Part shown: one piece after another, positions 28,178 through 37,239 of the stretch
Numbering within the stretch: position 1 is the stretch's first letter
Layout: each line of letters starts with the position of its first letter
Source: Candidatus Saccharimonadota bacterium
Lineage (GTDB): Bacteria > Patescibacteriota > Saccharimonadia > Saccharimonadales > JACDBH01
Assembly (NCBI GenBank): GCA_028289135.1
Contig: JAQGGW010000001.1
Location: 142,018-182,837, forward strand
Reading direction: 5' to 3'
DNA: 40,820 bases
Made by a program: the position numbers and the translations under genes
Notes under the pieces: generated by a model
What the model was told of the DNA's origin: nothing
Database searches by the model: none
The model's input: the letters and a program-made list of their open reading frames with translations, nothing else

Positions 28178-29176
28178 TTAGGCAGCTTGCCGTGGGTCGT
28201 ACTCGTGAGCGTAATAGAAAGCTTCTGTACCGACTGGAGCGTCTACTTCAGGGAAGATTATTAGCTTACCTTTTGGTGCAACATAGATTTCTCCGTCCAT
28301 CAGAGCGATATCTTCGCCTTCAGGAATTGGGGTAAATGTCTGTCGTAAGTGCTCTGGCAAAAGAAGTTTATACGGCTGATCAGTCTGACGAATATGCGGG
28401 CCTTCGTTGTGAATAAATACAGGTTCGCCCTGCTCTATAAACAGAGGCTGAAGATTAGCGTCTAACATACCCATCTCAACAGCAAGACGAGCTACAGCAC
28501 CGTGGCCGTAGTCTTTAGTTGCTTGTGAACTTTTCTGGTAACCAGCCTCGATACAGATGCCAATTCTACCTAGCTCTGTCATCCAGCCGTCAGAACCACC
28601 TTTGTCAGCCTCTTTCCAACCAGAAGAAATCTTCGGTCCACCGATAGCACGTGCAATGCCAAAACCATCGCTGTTATCATGTCGACCATACAGACCAAAA
28701 TATGGTTCAGTAATCATAAATACTGGGCCATTCGGATCTTTGAAGTCATGAATGTCTACAAGTGCTTCGGGGCGAAGGCTCGGGTCTTCGTCTAGATTAT
28801 TAAGCACCTTCTCCATAAGTTCCTGTGCGCGGCGTACTTCGTACGGGCGATCCTTAGGATCCATATGAGCATATTTTGCGTCAAGTTCACGGAAATAACG
28901 GTTTAGGTTAAGGCCAGGAACTGTTGCACGTTGGCCATCTGTACCCATTCCCATAGCTTCTAGGTTGCCATGAATGGCAATAATGCGGCCTGCGTCTAGG
29001 TTTAAGCCACTGGTGCCGTTTACTAGTTCGTTAACAACATGTATACCAGTCTTTTCGTTACCATGAACACCACCAGAAACGGCCATTGTAGGCTGCGATG
29101 CTGCATCAAAACCAGGCGCTTCGCCTATCCATACACCAGGAACATCGTGTTGTTGCCAACGTATATTTGAATTCAT
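28178..29176 (-). CDS. succinylglutamate desuccinylase/aspartoacylase-family zinc hydrolase
   Basis: GGVHGNEKTG motif. TTGCAA (29206..29211), 17 nt, TATAAT (29183..29188), then 6 nt to ATG 29176. Confidence 0.6.
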   Translation of the reverse strand: MNSNIRWQQHDVPGVWIGEAPGFDAASQPTMAVSGGVHGNEKTGIHVVNELVNGTSGLNLDAGRIIAIHGNLEAMGMGTDGQRATVPGLNLNRYFRELDAKYAHMDPKDRPYEVRRAQELMEKVLNNLDEDPSLRPEALVDIHDFKDPNGPVFMITEPYFGLYGRHDNSDGFGIARAIGGPKISSGWKEADKGGSDGWMTELGRIGICIEAGYQKSSQATKDYGHGAVARLAVEMGMLDANLQPLFIEQGEPVFIHNEGPHIRQTDQPYKLLLPEHLRQTFTPIPEGEDIALMDGEIYVAPKGKLIIFPEVDAPVGTEAFYYAHEYDPRQAA

Positions 29177-29215
29177 AAGCACATTATAGCACAAACATGC
29201 TTATTTTGCAATGCC

Positions 29216-29542
29216 TTAACGTTCAATGCGGATATTTGGGTCAGCGGGCGCCTCAGGTAGATCTCCCAAAGTAACATGAACGCCGGGCCTGGTTAGGCCT
29301 GGGAGCTCTGCAATCACTTCGCCTATAGCACGCGCCGACTCTTCTATTGGTATTGGTGCTAAGTGAGCATCGGCCAGCCTGCCTATTTCGCGCCAAGCTT
29401 CAATATCTACAGGCTTACCATCTTCAATGCTCACAAGTGCACGTTCTGCCACGTCTGCTGGGTCCGGTTGGCCGGCTATCCTGCGCAGTTCATCCATATA
29501 TTGGGCATCATCGGTATCCAATCGCTCGCCTTCTACGCTCAT
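29216..29542 (-). CDS. acidic hypothetical protein (108 aa)
   Basis: ORF with AAGGAG SD and a TTGCAA-N17-TAATGT promoter. Confidence 0.55.
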   Translation of the reverse strand: MSVEGERLDTDDAQYMDELRRIAGQPDPADVAERALVSIEDGKPVDIEAWREIGRLADAHLAPIPIEESARAIGEVIAELPGLTRPGVHVTLGDLPEAPADPNIRIER

Positions 29543-29605
29543 AATAACTCCTTATTTAGCTATACATTAGAACTAATTTACTCTGTTTGCAAGCATAAGC
29601 GTTGT

Positions 29606-30457
29606 TTAAAACGGCTTGAGGTTGAAGGCATAGAAATACGGCAGCGAAGGATTAGGCGGCAAAACCAGGTCGTCGTCGCTTAGTTCGTACTTTAGCCGCG
29701 GCGCTTCAACAACTTTTAAATAGTCCTTAAAGCCAAGGATATCGAGCCATGCGTGCTTGAGTTTTTTGGTGCCGTTTGGCAAGATCCCACGCATTCTATA
29801 AAAGCTGGCCAAGGACATAAATGCCAGCAAGAAAGCTGGCGGCACAACAGCCACGGATAGTAAAATAATGTCGATTGCCTTCTGGCCAGGCGCGTTTTGG
29901 GAAGCCAGCCCAACGGCAAAAATAGCCACAATCAACAAGGTCAAAATGAGTGTCTTCACCATAAGCGGCCGGATAGACTCCTTTTTATAAAGCCCAAAAA
30001 TTAGCCCTTTTTGTTTGAGCGAATCTTCTAAGATACTCTTGAGCAGGTTGCGGTTATTGCCGCCACTGGTGTTCAGATAGACCATTTTAATAGTGACGTT
30101 GTCGGCCGCAATGTGCTCGACTACCCTGAGCAACGCCTTTTCGTAGGCGTCCAACGGCGCTTGTTTGCCTGTTAGCTTTACAATGGAGTTTTCGTGCAGG
30201 ATGTCTTTGTTATTTTTAACCGGAGTTATTGCCAGCAGGCCCTTTTGCCCCAGGCTCACTATCCCAGATAAAATCTCTTTTTTGCCCATTTTACCCGAGA
30301 AAACATAGCCCAGTTCCGCGGGTGTTAGTCCCAGTGGCGGGTTGTAGTTGGCGAAAGTCGTGCTGTGGTGCTTTACGGTCGTACGGATACTATAACGCGC
30401 CGCCAACCCGCCCAAAATAGCGGCCACCAAGATAAACGGGATCAGCAGGATAATCAT
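29606..30457 (-). CDS. integral membrane hypothetical protein
   Basis: N-terminal TM MIILLIPFILVAAILGG plus two internal TM segments. Confidence 0.65.
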   Translation of the reverse strand: MIILLIPFILVAAILGGLAARYSIRTTVKHHSTTFANYNPPLGLTPAELGYVFSGKMGKKEILSGIVSLGQKGLLAITPVKNNKDILHENSIVKLTGKQAPLDAYEKALLRVVEHIAADNVTIKMVYLNTSGGNNRNLLKSILEDSLKQKGLIFGLYKKESIRPLMVKTLILTLLIVAIFAVGLASQNAPGQKAIDIILLSVAVVPPAFLLAFMSLASFYRMRGILPNGTKKLKHAWLDILGFKDYLKVVEAPRLKYELSDDDLVLPPNPSLPYFYAFNLKPF

Positions 30458-30547
30458 TATGCTTATTATCGCACAAACTAATGCATGTTGGCTTAGATTT
30501 CATCCCGCTGGGTCGCATTACCGGCCGTCCCCTGTTATTCTTAAACA

Positions 30548-31096
30548 GTGAAAAGCGCAGCCAAACCGCATACTACTTTAATCTTTGGCTATGGCTCCCT
30601 ACTAAACACTGAGTCGCTTAAGGCCACCGTACCAGATGCTTTTAATATTCGTCCAGCTTATATTAAGGGCTTCAAACGGGATTTTTGCTTATGGGCGGCC
30701 GATGGTAGTGTTGCCGGGCATCCAGAGCTTAGCGGCACGCCCTACTGCGCCGTGGATGTTCACCATATTCCGGAGTCCAGCGAAGTAAACGGCGTTGTTT
30801 TTGAGGTGCATGAAGCCCAGCTGCCGGCGCTAATGGAGCGTGAAGAGGGCTACACACTTGTTAAAACCGAAGCCTATGATTTTGAAACCCACGAAGACTT
30901 GGGGACATGCTTTGTATTTGCCGCCAACAAACATAACGGCGACTTTGCCTTTAACTCCCCCGCCCAGATGCGCTACCTCAACACCTGCTTGTCGGGAGCC
31001 AAAGAACACGGCGAAAAGTTCTACCAGCAATTTATCCGCACGACTTTTATTGGCCAGCATGCCCTTATTGACGTAGCTGAACTTGGCCTAAAGTAA
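30548..31096 (+). CDS. gamma-glutamylcyclotransferase (AIG2/ChaC-like) fold protein
   Basis: LIFGYGSLLN N-terminal motif and a later E in EREEGY. GTG start. Confidence 0.55.
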   Translation: MKSAAKPHTTLIFGYGSLLNTESLKATVPDAFNIRPAYIKGFKRDFCLWAADGSVAGHPELSGTPYCAVDVHHIPESSEVNGVVFEVHEAQLPALMEREEGYTLVKTEAYDFETHEDLGTCFVFAANKHNGDFAFNSPAQMRYLNTCLSGAKEHGEKFYQQFIRTTFIGQHALIDVAELGLK

Positions 31097-31139
31097 CTTA
31101 TCATAGCATATAGATCATAAAAATGTTATAATATGGTAA

Positions 31140-31733
31140 ATGATTTTCCGAGATACCCCCGTTGTGGTTCACACTTCGCCGAGCAACATTGCCATAGGAG
31201 ACAAAGATCCGTCTTTTTACATACGCCAGCGTTATGTTTTTGATCATGTCGTAGGCCTGGAAACTGGCTTGGCCAGGGCGCGGAGCGGCCGCACGGGACA
31301 CGGCCAAACACCCCTGCGCTTTCCTAGATTATGGGCTGAACGCCTGGAAACCTTTTTTAACGAAGATCTCCGCCCGGCAAAAGGGCCCCATACGCACGTC
31401 TTCGCAGGGACAAATTGTCACGGTTTTGCAAACTACATGACTACCGGCATAAAATATAACGCCAATTTTCCTAAGTTCAAGCCTGCCCCAGAACTTGCGG
31501 TGGGCGATGATACCCCTGCCGGGACGCACATTGGGCTTATAGGCAAGCGGCATGGCCTTATGCACAGCGCGATACTGTTGGGCGAACAAGCGCCCGGCAA
31601 ATGCATAGAAGTAACAGGTCCCGAAGGCGTGCTTGCGATTGATTCTTTAGCCGCAATACTCGAAGACTACCAAAAAGATTTTGGTGATGTGCGGGGCTGG
31701 TTCACCGCGCCAGCTGCAGGCTTACGAGTATGA
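31140..31733 (+). CDS. hypothetical protein with a possible Cys/His (papain-like) pair
   Basis: TGtTATAAT (31124..31132) lies 7 nt before ATG 31140. Motifs GTNCHGFANYM and LMHSAILLG. Confidence 0.55.
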   Translation: MIFRDTPVVVHTSPSNIAIGDKDPSFYIRQRYVFDHVVGLETGLARARSGRTGHGQTPLRFPRLWAERLETFFNEDLRPAKGPHTHVFAGTNCHGFANYMTTGIKYNANFPKFKPAPELAVGDDTPAGTHIGLIGKRHGLMHSAILLGEQAPGKCIEVTGPEGVLAIDSLAAILEDYQKDFGDVRGWFTAPAAGLRV

Positions 31734-31747
31734 TCAAACCTACCTAG

Positions 31748-31772
31748 CCACAAGCAATTTTCTTATCTGTTA
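31748..31772 (+). promoter_or_regulatory. right-half copy R1 of the repeated control module (CCACAAGCAATTTTCTTATCTGTTA)
   Basis: Matches the module consensus. It lies between convergent genes, with no gene to drive. Confidence 0.45.
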
Positions 31773-32141
31773 TTTAACTAAATGATCAAGCTGGGTGGAC
31801 ATATTTAAGGCCAGTCTTGTAACGAGCTGCATCCGCAGGTCTTGAGGCAGAGCCTCTACTACACTTAAGATAGAATCGACCGGGTTAACGTTGGGGTCTG
31901 GTCCTAAAACAATACCGTCGTGTAGTAACGGCCGCCCTGTTGCCATAACAGCCTTATCGGTAAATGTTGTATCACCACTGTTAAGAGGGCCTCTAGACAT
32001 ATTCATTGCGTCCGCAACCACTTGTGGAGATGGCACAAATAAAACAGGTCCATGGAATTCTTTGGAAACTGTGGGCAAAACCATACCTAGCTGCTGAAGC
32101 CTTTCGGCAGGATCTGTTCGCGGTGCTCGTTTTTGAGTCAT
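31770..32141 (-). CDS. hypothetical protein (123 aa from ATG 32141)
   Basis: TTGACA (32172..32177), 17 nt, TAAAAT (32149..32154), then 7 nt to the ATG. Confidence 0.6.
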   Translation of the reverse strand: MTQKRAPRTDPAERLQQLGMVLPTVSKEFHGPVLFVPSPQVVADAMNMSRGPLNSGDTTFTDKAVMATGRPLLHDGIVLGPDPNVNPVDSILSVVEALPQDLRMQLVTRLALNMSTQLDHLVK

Positions 32142-32205
32142 ATATTGTATTTTAGCATAAGCATGATGTTTTGTCAATTTAGGTTAAACCATTTGTTTTT
32201 TTACC

Positions 32206-32241
32206 AGACGCAATTTTCTTATCTGTTATTGGGCGTATAAT
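32206..32241 (+). promoter_or_regulatory. module copy R2 with TATAAT, facing the 3' end of a minus-strand gene
   Basis: agacgcaattttcttatctgttattgggcgtataat. No + strand ORF lies downstream. Confidence 0.45.
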
Positions 32242-32261
32242 TTCGTTTTTACGGCAGGTAT

Positions 32262-32756
32262 CTATACCGTACCGAGGTTAGAGCTTGCAGCAGGAACATT
32301 AACGGAAACTGTATGCGCGAAATCAGCTGTCGCTGCTTCACGGGCATAAAATGTGCTTGCCCATATTTCGGCATTTTCTAGAACGGCCTGAGGGTTAGTG
32401 TTGAGACTATGCTGAAAAGTTTCTGGCGAAATAGGGACATCTCCGCCGCCTTGGCCGCTGGCTGTAAGCCGACGTCGGTACGCGAATAGATCTACTGCCT
32501 TGCCTTCAAATACTTCGCGGTCTAAATGCTCTTCGGTCCGTACCATTTCAAGTGCGGAAAACTCACTTATCCCCGACGTCATCAGCATACCAAGCCGTAT
32601 TTCACGGAACTCTTGAACCTGCATTCTGCGTTCTGCTGCAGCATCCACACGGTCGAGAAAAGCTACGGCATTATCAATGTAGCGTCTCAGCGGTCCATTC
32701 CCCTTTCCTTCTAGTGCATATTTTGGCGCGCTCTCAAATCTCTTAATCTTAGCCAT
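32262..32756 (-). CDS. hypothetical protein (164 aa)
   Basis: Driven by the leftward half of module M1 (TTGAAA, 16 nt, TATGAT) with AAGGAG SD. Confidence 0.65.
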   Translation of the reverse strand: MAKIKRFESAPKYALEGKGNGPLRRYIDNAVAFLDRVDAAAERRMQVQEFREIRLGMLMTSGISEFSALEMVRTEEHLDREVFEGKAVDLFAYRRRLTASGQGGGDVPISPETFQHSLNTNPQAVLENAEIWASTFYAREAATADFAHTVSVNVPAASSNLGTV

Positions 32757-32847
32757 AAGATCTCCTTTTGTTTTATCATACTCCCACCCCTGTACTTTTC
32801 AAACCATAAGCAATTTTCTTATCTGTTTTTGAGGGTATAATAATTTT
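32757..32847. promoter_or_regulatory. bidirectional control module M1
   Basis: The leftward promoter reads, on the + strand, tttcaa 32797..32802 and atcata 32775..32780. Then comes AAGCAATTTTCTTATCTGTT and the rightward TATAAT 32836..32841, 6 nt before ATG 32848. Confidence 0.6.
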
Positions 32848-33519
32848 ATGAGCTTAGCAGAACAAGCACGCGGAGAATGGGCAGTAGATATCGGCTTTGA
32901 TGAACATGTTGCTGCATCAAGCGGCACACTTCGAAGTGAAGGGGCTCAGATATTGGATGCTATTTCTATTGAGACTGTTTTACAATCCACCTACCATCCA
33001 AACGGTTTTCTTGTTACGAAATATAAGGCGGACGAAACCGGTCAGCGCCGCCTGCACATATGGCCAACAACCCGCGACTATAACATGCTGCCCCATACGC
33101 ATCCTTGGCACATGGCAAGCCTTGTTCTAGCCGGTACATATATAGAGTTTTTGCCTGCGGTTGAGCTGGTAGAAAAAAGCGACTATGAACTAATGGTTCC
33201 GAGCTATAACGCTGCGCATCAACAGGTTGGCGTGCAGTCAACAGGACGAGCTGTTAAGTTTTGGCCTGGGCGCTATCATCACTATGACGCAGGCGAAATT
33301 CACACGCTCCCCGCGGGAGCATTTCATAGTACGTTAATGCCCGAAAAACATCCTGTCTTAACTTTAGTTAGTTGTGGACCGCAACTATTTGATAATCCGC
33401 ATTTTGTACGTGATACACGCAGCCAACCGGTGGCGCAGTCACTTGAAGCCGACCGCCCGCATCCAAACCAAGCAGAAGCCGAAATTATCTGGGCCGAACT
33501 CCAAACAATACTGCCCTAA
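32848..33519 (+). CDS. hypothetical protein, possibly cupin-like
   Basis: HTHPWHMASLVLAG and GEIHTLPAGAFHS resemble the two cupin motifs. This is a weak call. Confidence 0.55.
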   Translation: MSLAEQARGEWAVDIGFDEHVAASSGTLRSEGAQILDAISIETVLQSTYHPNGFLVTKYKADETGQRRLHIWPTTRDYNMLPHTHPWHMASLVLAGTYIEFLPAVELVEKSDYELMVPSYNAAHQQVGVQSTGRAVKFWPGRYHHYDAGEIHTLPAGAFHSTLMPEKHPVLTLVSCGPQLFDNPHFVRDTRSQPVAQSLEADRPHPNQAEAEIIWAELQTILP

Positions 33520-33557
33520 CCACAAGCAATTTTCATATCTGTTAATGAGCGTATAAT
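33518..33557 (+). promoter_or_regulatory. module copy R4 with TATAAT
   Basis: aaccacaagcaattttcatatctgttaatgagcgtataat starts at the stop codon of the upstream gene. AAGGAG at 33565 follows. Confidence 0.5.
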
Positions 33558-33574
33558 TCAATCAAAGGAGTTTT

Positions 33575-33799
33575 ATGACACCACGAAGTTTATATGAATG
33601 CCAAGGCTGCCCTGGCAGAAGATTGACTATTCAAGCATGTGAACTGGCCATTAGAGATGCTGCCGAAGTGCAAATTGTAAAGAATTTCGTAGGAGATGCA
33701 GATCAAGCTGGGCTTCCAGAAGGTTTTTGTGGAGATCTCTATGCACGAGGCCTGCCTCAGCAGCAAACGCAAACACCCGAAGAACCTGCCGTAGCCTAA
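33575..33799 (+). CDS. small cysteine-containing hypothetical protein (74 aa)
   Basis: ORF with AAGGAG SD. Confidence 0.5.
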   Translation: MTPRSLYECQGCPGRRLTIQACELAIRDAAEVQIVKNFVGDADQAGLPEGFCGDLYARGLPQQQTQTPEEPAVA

Positions 33800-33837
33800 C
33801 CACAAGCAATTTTGGTTTCTGATAAATTTGCTATACT
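33798..33837 (+). promoter_or_regulatory. module copy R5 (diverged) with TATACT
   Basis: aaccacaagcaattttggtttctgataaatttgctatact lies 7 nt before ATG 33845. Confidence 0.45.
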
Positions 33838-33844
33838 TCATTTT

Positions 33845-34306
33845 ATGACTATAGAAGCACTCAGCCCAGACAGACAACCAGACGGTGGTATTGGATTAAA
33901 TGGCAATCCAATTAAATTATTTATTGAGGAACAGCGCTTTCCAAACAATCGACGTCAGCTGGCGGTGTGTGAACAACACCTTGAAGACGGCCCAGCGGCT
34001 GAGTACGCCGGCGAATGGTATATGGGAGGTTGCATGTTCCCGGGTGAAGGCGAGGACCAAATTATCCGCGCGCAATTTGTTTGCCCTGGGCCTGGCATTA
34101 TGAGAAATTGCCGGTTTAGAATTGACCAGTATGATGCAGAGGGCGAAAAGGTTGGTGGCTTTAAAGACGCTTGGGAAAAACTAAAAGCAGACCTACCCGA
34201 AGAAACTAAAACTACAATAAAACGCGTAGCATGCATTGCCGCTGCTGGAGCTGGCTTGCTTGCCGTTGCGGCCATTGGCTTTGGTATTAAACGCGCAAAA
34301 AGCTAA
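33845..34306 (+). CDS. tail-anchored membrane hypothetical protein
   Basis: C-terminal TM segment IAAAGAGLLAVAAIGFGI followed by KRAKS. Confidence 0.6.
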   Translation: MTIEALSPDRQPDGGIGLNGNPIKLFIEEQRFPNNRRQLAVCEQHLEDGPAAEYAGEWYMGGCMFPGEGEDQIIRAQFVCPGPGIMRNCRFRIDQYDAEGEKVGGFKDAWEKLKADLPEETKTTIKRVACIAAAGAGLLAVAAIGFGIKRAKS

Positions 34307-34308
34307 TT

Positions 34309-34758
34309 GTGATTAATCCTATTGTTAACAACCTAGTACTAGAGTTACATGTGCCAGATTTTGGCCCTGTACGTGAGTTTTATGGAATGTTTGGCTTTGA
34401 AGAGATTTCTTACGATCCATCATCTGGTGGCGGCAGTGACTTGGGCTATTTAGTTATGCTCCGCAAAGACAGCATTGGCAATACAATGCTCAATTTTTAT
34501 GGCGACAAAGACAAAGTTGCTCAGCATGCCCATTTTAAGGACTTCCCGGCCGATACCCCTCGCGGTTATGCGGTTGAGATAACCGTACCGGTTAGTGATG
34601 TAGCGGAATTATGGGAAAAGGTTGGCAGCGAGTTGCCTAAATCTACTATTTCACAGCCACTTACTTTAAAACGCTGGGGCAAACAAGATTTTAGATTGGT
34701 TGATCCATTTGGATTCTATATCCGCTTTACCGAACCTGTTGATTGGGGCCAGATGTGA
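34309..34758 (+). CDS. glyoxalase/bleomycin-resistance (VOC) family protein
   Basis: LELHVPDFGPVREFYGMFGFEE N-terminal VOC motif and a C-terminal FRLVDPFGFYIRF. GTG start. Confidence 0.65.
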   Translation: MINPIVNNLVLELHVPDFGPVREFYGMFGFEEISYDPSSGGGSDLGYLVMLRKDSIGNTMLNFYGDKDKVAQHAHFKDFPADTPRGYAVEITVPVSDVAELWEKVGSELPKSTISQPLTLKRWGKQDFRLVDPFGFYIRFTEPVDWGQM

Positions 34759-35072
34759 GTCTGTATTACGAAGTTAAGATTAGTGCCGAGAACCAGGAGC
34801 AGGCCGATACTATTTTAAATTCATTGCTGGAGAAACGCTTGGTGACCGGCGGTCAGTTTATCCATGCCCCTGCCCGCTTTTTCTGGAAAGGCAAAATCCA
34901 GGACATGGACGACTACGTGACCATTAATACCTACACCACCGGCAAACACAAAGATGCCATCATGGAAGATGTCCGCAGAACCTCCAAAGAAGAGATCCCG
35001 ATGATGACCTTTACCATGCCCGACGACATGAACCTTGATCTCCGCAACTACATCGACCAGACTCTCGCTTAA
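34743..35072 (+). CDS. cutA: CutA1-like divalent-cation tolerance protein (full copy; start TTG 34743 or GTG 34755)
   Basis: The pattern EQADTILNSLLEKRL...FFWKGKI...T...EEIPMM...YIDQTL is colinear with CutA1. Confidence 0.7.
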   Translation: MGPDVSLYYEVKISAENQEQADTILNSLLEKRLVTGGQFIHAPARFFWKGKIQDMDDYVTINTYTTGKHKDAIMEDVRRTSKEEIPMMTFTMPDDMNLDLRNYIDQTLA

Positions 35073-35105
35073 CCACACCGGCACCAACATCACCAAGCTC
35101 TAAGA

Positions 35106-35543
35106 CTAGTTATTTGCTGGCGCGGGGATGCTTGCCAACTGAGACTCCATGACGGCTAAAATAGCGCGACCATAAGCTGAATCTGCTTTATGTAACGCTA
35201 GGTTTTCATGTTCTATGAGCTGCTCTGTACCGCCGTGTACCATTCCAGCATACCCACCAAACGGAGTAGGAATTAGAACACGTGTGACCGGTGGCTCAAT
35301 TGATGCGTCTGTCGTAAATACAGCCGCAGTTACATCATCAAGCCGTTCAGGTCCTGGCCCCCTGCCGTCCAATTCAAGACCCCGTGCAATAGAGCGTGCT
35401 CCCACGAATAAAGTTTGTTCACGTACATCTACTTGTTGCACTACCCATCCCGTTCTTTCATCGTATAAAGTACCTTTTCGCTCGCTAGGATAAATCGTGT
35501 CTAACACCATATTCCTAACATTTTCAAATCTTGATTTCGGCAT
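35106..35543 (-). CDS. hypothetical protein (145 aa from ATG 35543)
   Basis: Leftward promoter of module M2 plus the conserved leader ATGATGAGTCAAAAGGAG. Confidence 0.65.
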   Translation of the reverse strand: MPKSRFENVRNMVLDTIYPSERKGTLYDERTGWVVQQVDVREQTLFVGARSIARGLELDGRGPGPERLDDVTAAVFTTDASIEPPVTRVLIPTPFGGYAGMVHGGTEQLIEHENLALHKADSAYGRAILAVMESQLASIPAPANN

Positions 35544-35635
35544 ATTGTACTCCTTTTGACTCATCATACGCCCGCCCCCGTACTTTTCAAACCAAAAGCA
35601 ATTTTCTTATCTGTTAATTAAGATATAATATTCGT
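35544..35635. promoter_or_regulatory. bidirectional control module M2
   Basis: Leftward promoter on the + strand: tttcaa 35585..35590 and atcata 35563..35568. Then AAGCAATTTTCTTATCTGTTA and TATAAT 35624..35629, 6 nt before ATG 35636. Confidence 0.6.
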
Positions 35636-36277
35636 ATGAATACTACCAATGAACTCAGCCCGGCTGAAGCTACGAAAGACTCTGTCTTAAAAAGATTAAG
35701 AATATCTCGTTACATTGGGCGAGCTAACCTGGTTGCTATGGCTGCAGCCGGCGCGGTAAATGGCGATACGATCATTCGAACTGGTTTTGGCATTACAAAT
35801 GCTGCTTATTTAGCTTTTACATCGATGATTTTGGGTGGGGTTGAGAGATATAAGGCATTTAAATCTACTAATAATATTGTCATGGATTTTGAACGATCCC
35901 AATATAATGATGCTCCGTTGCAAAAAGTAGGGGGTGATGTAATTGATATAAAATCCCGCAAGGTAGTAAGAGAAGCCGTAGAAGAAAAAACCGTCCAAGA
36001 ACCACCTACTAATCCACCAATGCGAGTAACTGAGACCACGGGTTATATAGGGACATTTTCACCATTCCCTATTTTCGCATCTGGCAGTGTAGCCTATCAA
36101 ATGGCATTTGGTGAAACATCTGGTAAGGGCGAGCTTGTCAGCGGCACAGCCTTATCCTTAGTTCTAGCTGCAGCTGGTGTCATTGCAAATAATATTGGTG
36201 AACGCTCTCTTGCCTACCAACAATATGTATGTGAACAACGCATCGATACCGCCGCCCTACAAATGCCTACTGCGTAG
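35636..36277 (+). CDS. membrane hypothetical protein (213 aa)
   Basis: Several hydrophobic segments: LVAMAAAGAV, AAYLAFTSMILGGV, ALSLVLAAAGVIA. Confidence 0.65.
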   Translation: MNTTNELSPAEATKDSVLKRLRISRYIGRANLVAMAAAGAVNGDTIIRTGFGITNAAYLAFTSMILGGVERYKAFKSTNNIVMDFERSQYNDAPLQKVGGDVIDIKSRKVVREAVEEKTVQEPPTNPPMRVTETTGYIGTFSPFPIFASGSVAYQMAFGETSGKGELVSGTALSLVLAAAGVIANNIGERSLAYQQYVCEQRIDTAALQMPTA

Positions 36278-36282
36278 ATCTT

Positions 36283-36366
36283 GAAGAGATCCCGATGATT
36301 ACCTTTATTCAGCCTGACGACATGAATGTTGACCTACGCAACTACATTGACCAAACTTTGGCTTAA
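36283..36366 (+). pseudogene. 3' fragment of a cutA homolog (about 27 codons)
   Basis: Encodes EEIPMITFIQPDDMNVDLRNYIDQTLA*, colinear with 34989..35072. No upstream frame. Its stop overlaps the Fic stop. Confidence 0.8.
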
Positions 36367-37232
36367 ATGCCTATCTTCCACGTAGACTTCTCGCGGAAAG
36401 CGGGAATAGTTTGGCGACGAGCCGCGTTAAGCAAAGTATTTATCGACTTTTGATTACGCTTTGCGTAGTCACTCAGTAAAACAATTTTTGCACCACGCAA
36501 GTAAGCAAGACGACGATGTAGAGATTCGAAAACCGCTAACAAAACAACTTTCTCCATTATTTTGACGTCACCTTTTTCCTCGTAAGCCGGGAAGGCAGGA
36601 TAATAAAGTTCTCTTTTACCCTTGTTGCGCACTACAATTTGCGGGAAACCGCCGGCAATAAGCTGTAAATACATCAGAACTCTGCCAATACGCCCATTAC
36701 CGTCAACAAAAGGGTGAATACGCTCAAACTCCAGGTGAAATCTTGCTACCTTTTCTATAGTGTTGAGTCGTTCGTTACCATAGAATTCTTCTATAGCGGC
36801 CTCGACAAGTGCCTCAACATGTTCTGGAGCTGGGGCAATGTGTCCACCAACTTGTACGTACTCATTTTTGCGACGGAAACGTCCCGCAATTTCGTCCTTT
36901 ATCCCGCCAATCAACATCTGATGCAGTAGCAGAACGAGTCCTGTAGTGATTGGCTCATTGGGTTTTTTTGCCAAGTATTCAAGCACCCTGGCGAGATTTT
37001 TAGCCTCAAACAGTTCCCGCACGCTTACCTCGCGCATGACACTTTGTTCAAGTAATATTCTTTCGGTCTCTTTAAGCGTGAGAGTAGAGTTCTCGATAGC
37101 GTTTGAGTTATATACGAGTTCCGGGAGCTCAACATCGTTTAGAATCTTAAGAAGTGAGTCTTTGCCCTTCTTGAGTTTTTCATATTCCAGCTTAAGCTCG
37201 GTAAGCCTATTGAGATAATTAGCGTTAATCAT
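36363..37232 (-). CDS. fic: Fic/Fido-domain protein, class II (intramolecular inhibitory helix)
   Basis: HPFVDGNGRIGR Fic motif. The N-terminal SNAIEN fits the (S/T)xxxE(G/N) inhibitory motif. Confidence 0.9.
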   Translation of the reverse strand: MINANYLNRLTELKLEYEKLKKGKDSLLKILNDVELPELVYNSNAIENSTLTLKETERILLEQSVMREVSVRELFEAKNLARVLEYLAKKPNEPITTGLVLLLHQMLIGGIKDEIAGRFRRKNEYVQVGGHIAPAPEHVEALVEAAIEEFYGNERLNTIEKVARFHLEFERIHPFVDGNGRIGRVLMYLQLIAGGFPQIVVRNKGKRELYYPAFPAYEEKGDVKIMEKVVLLAVFESLHRRLAYLRGAKIVLLSDYAKRNQKSINTLLNAARRQTIPAFREKSTWKIGI

Positions 37233-37239
37233 ACGTGTA

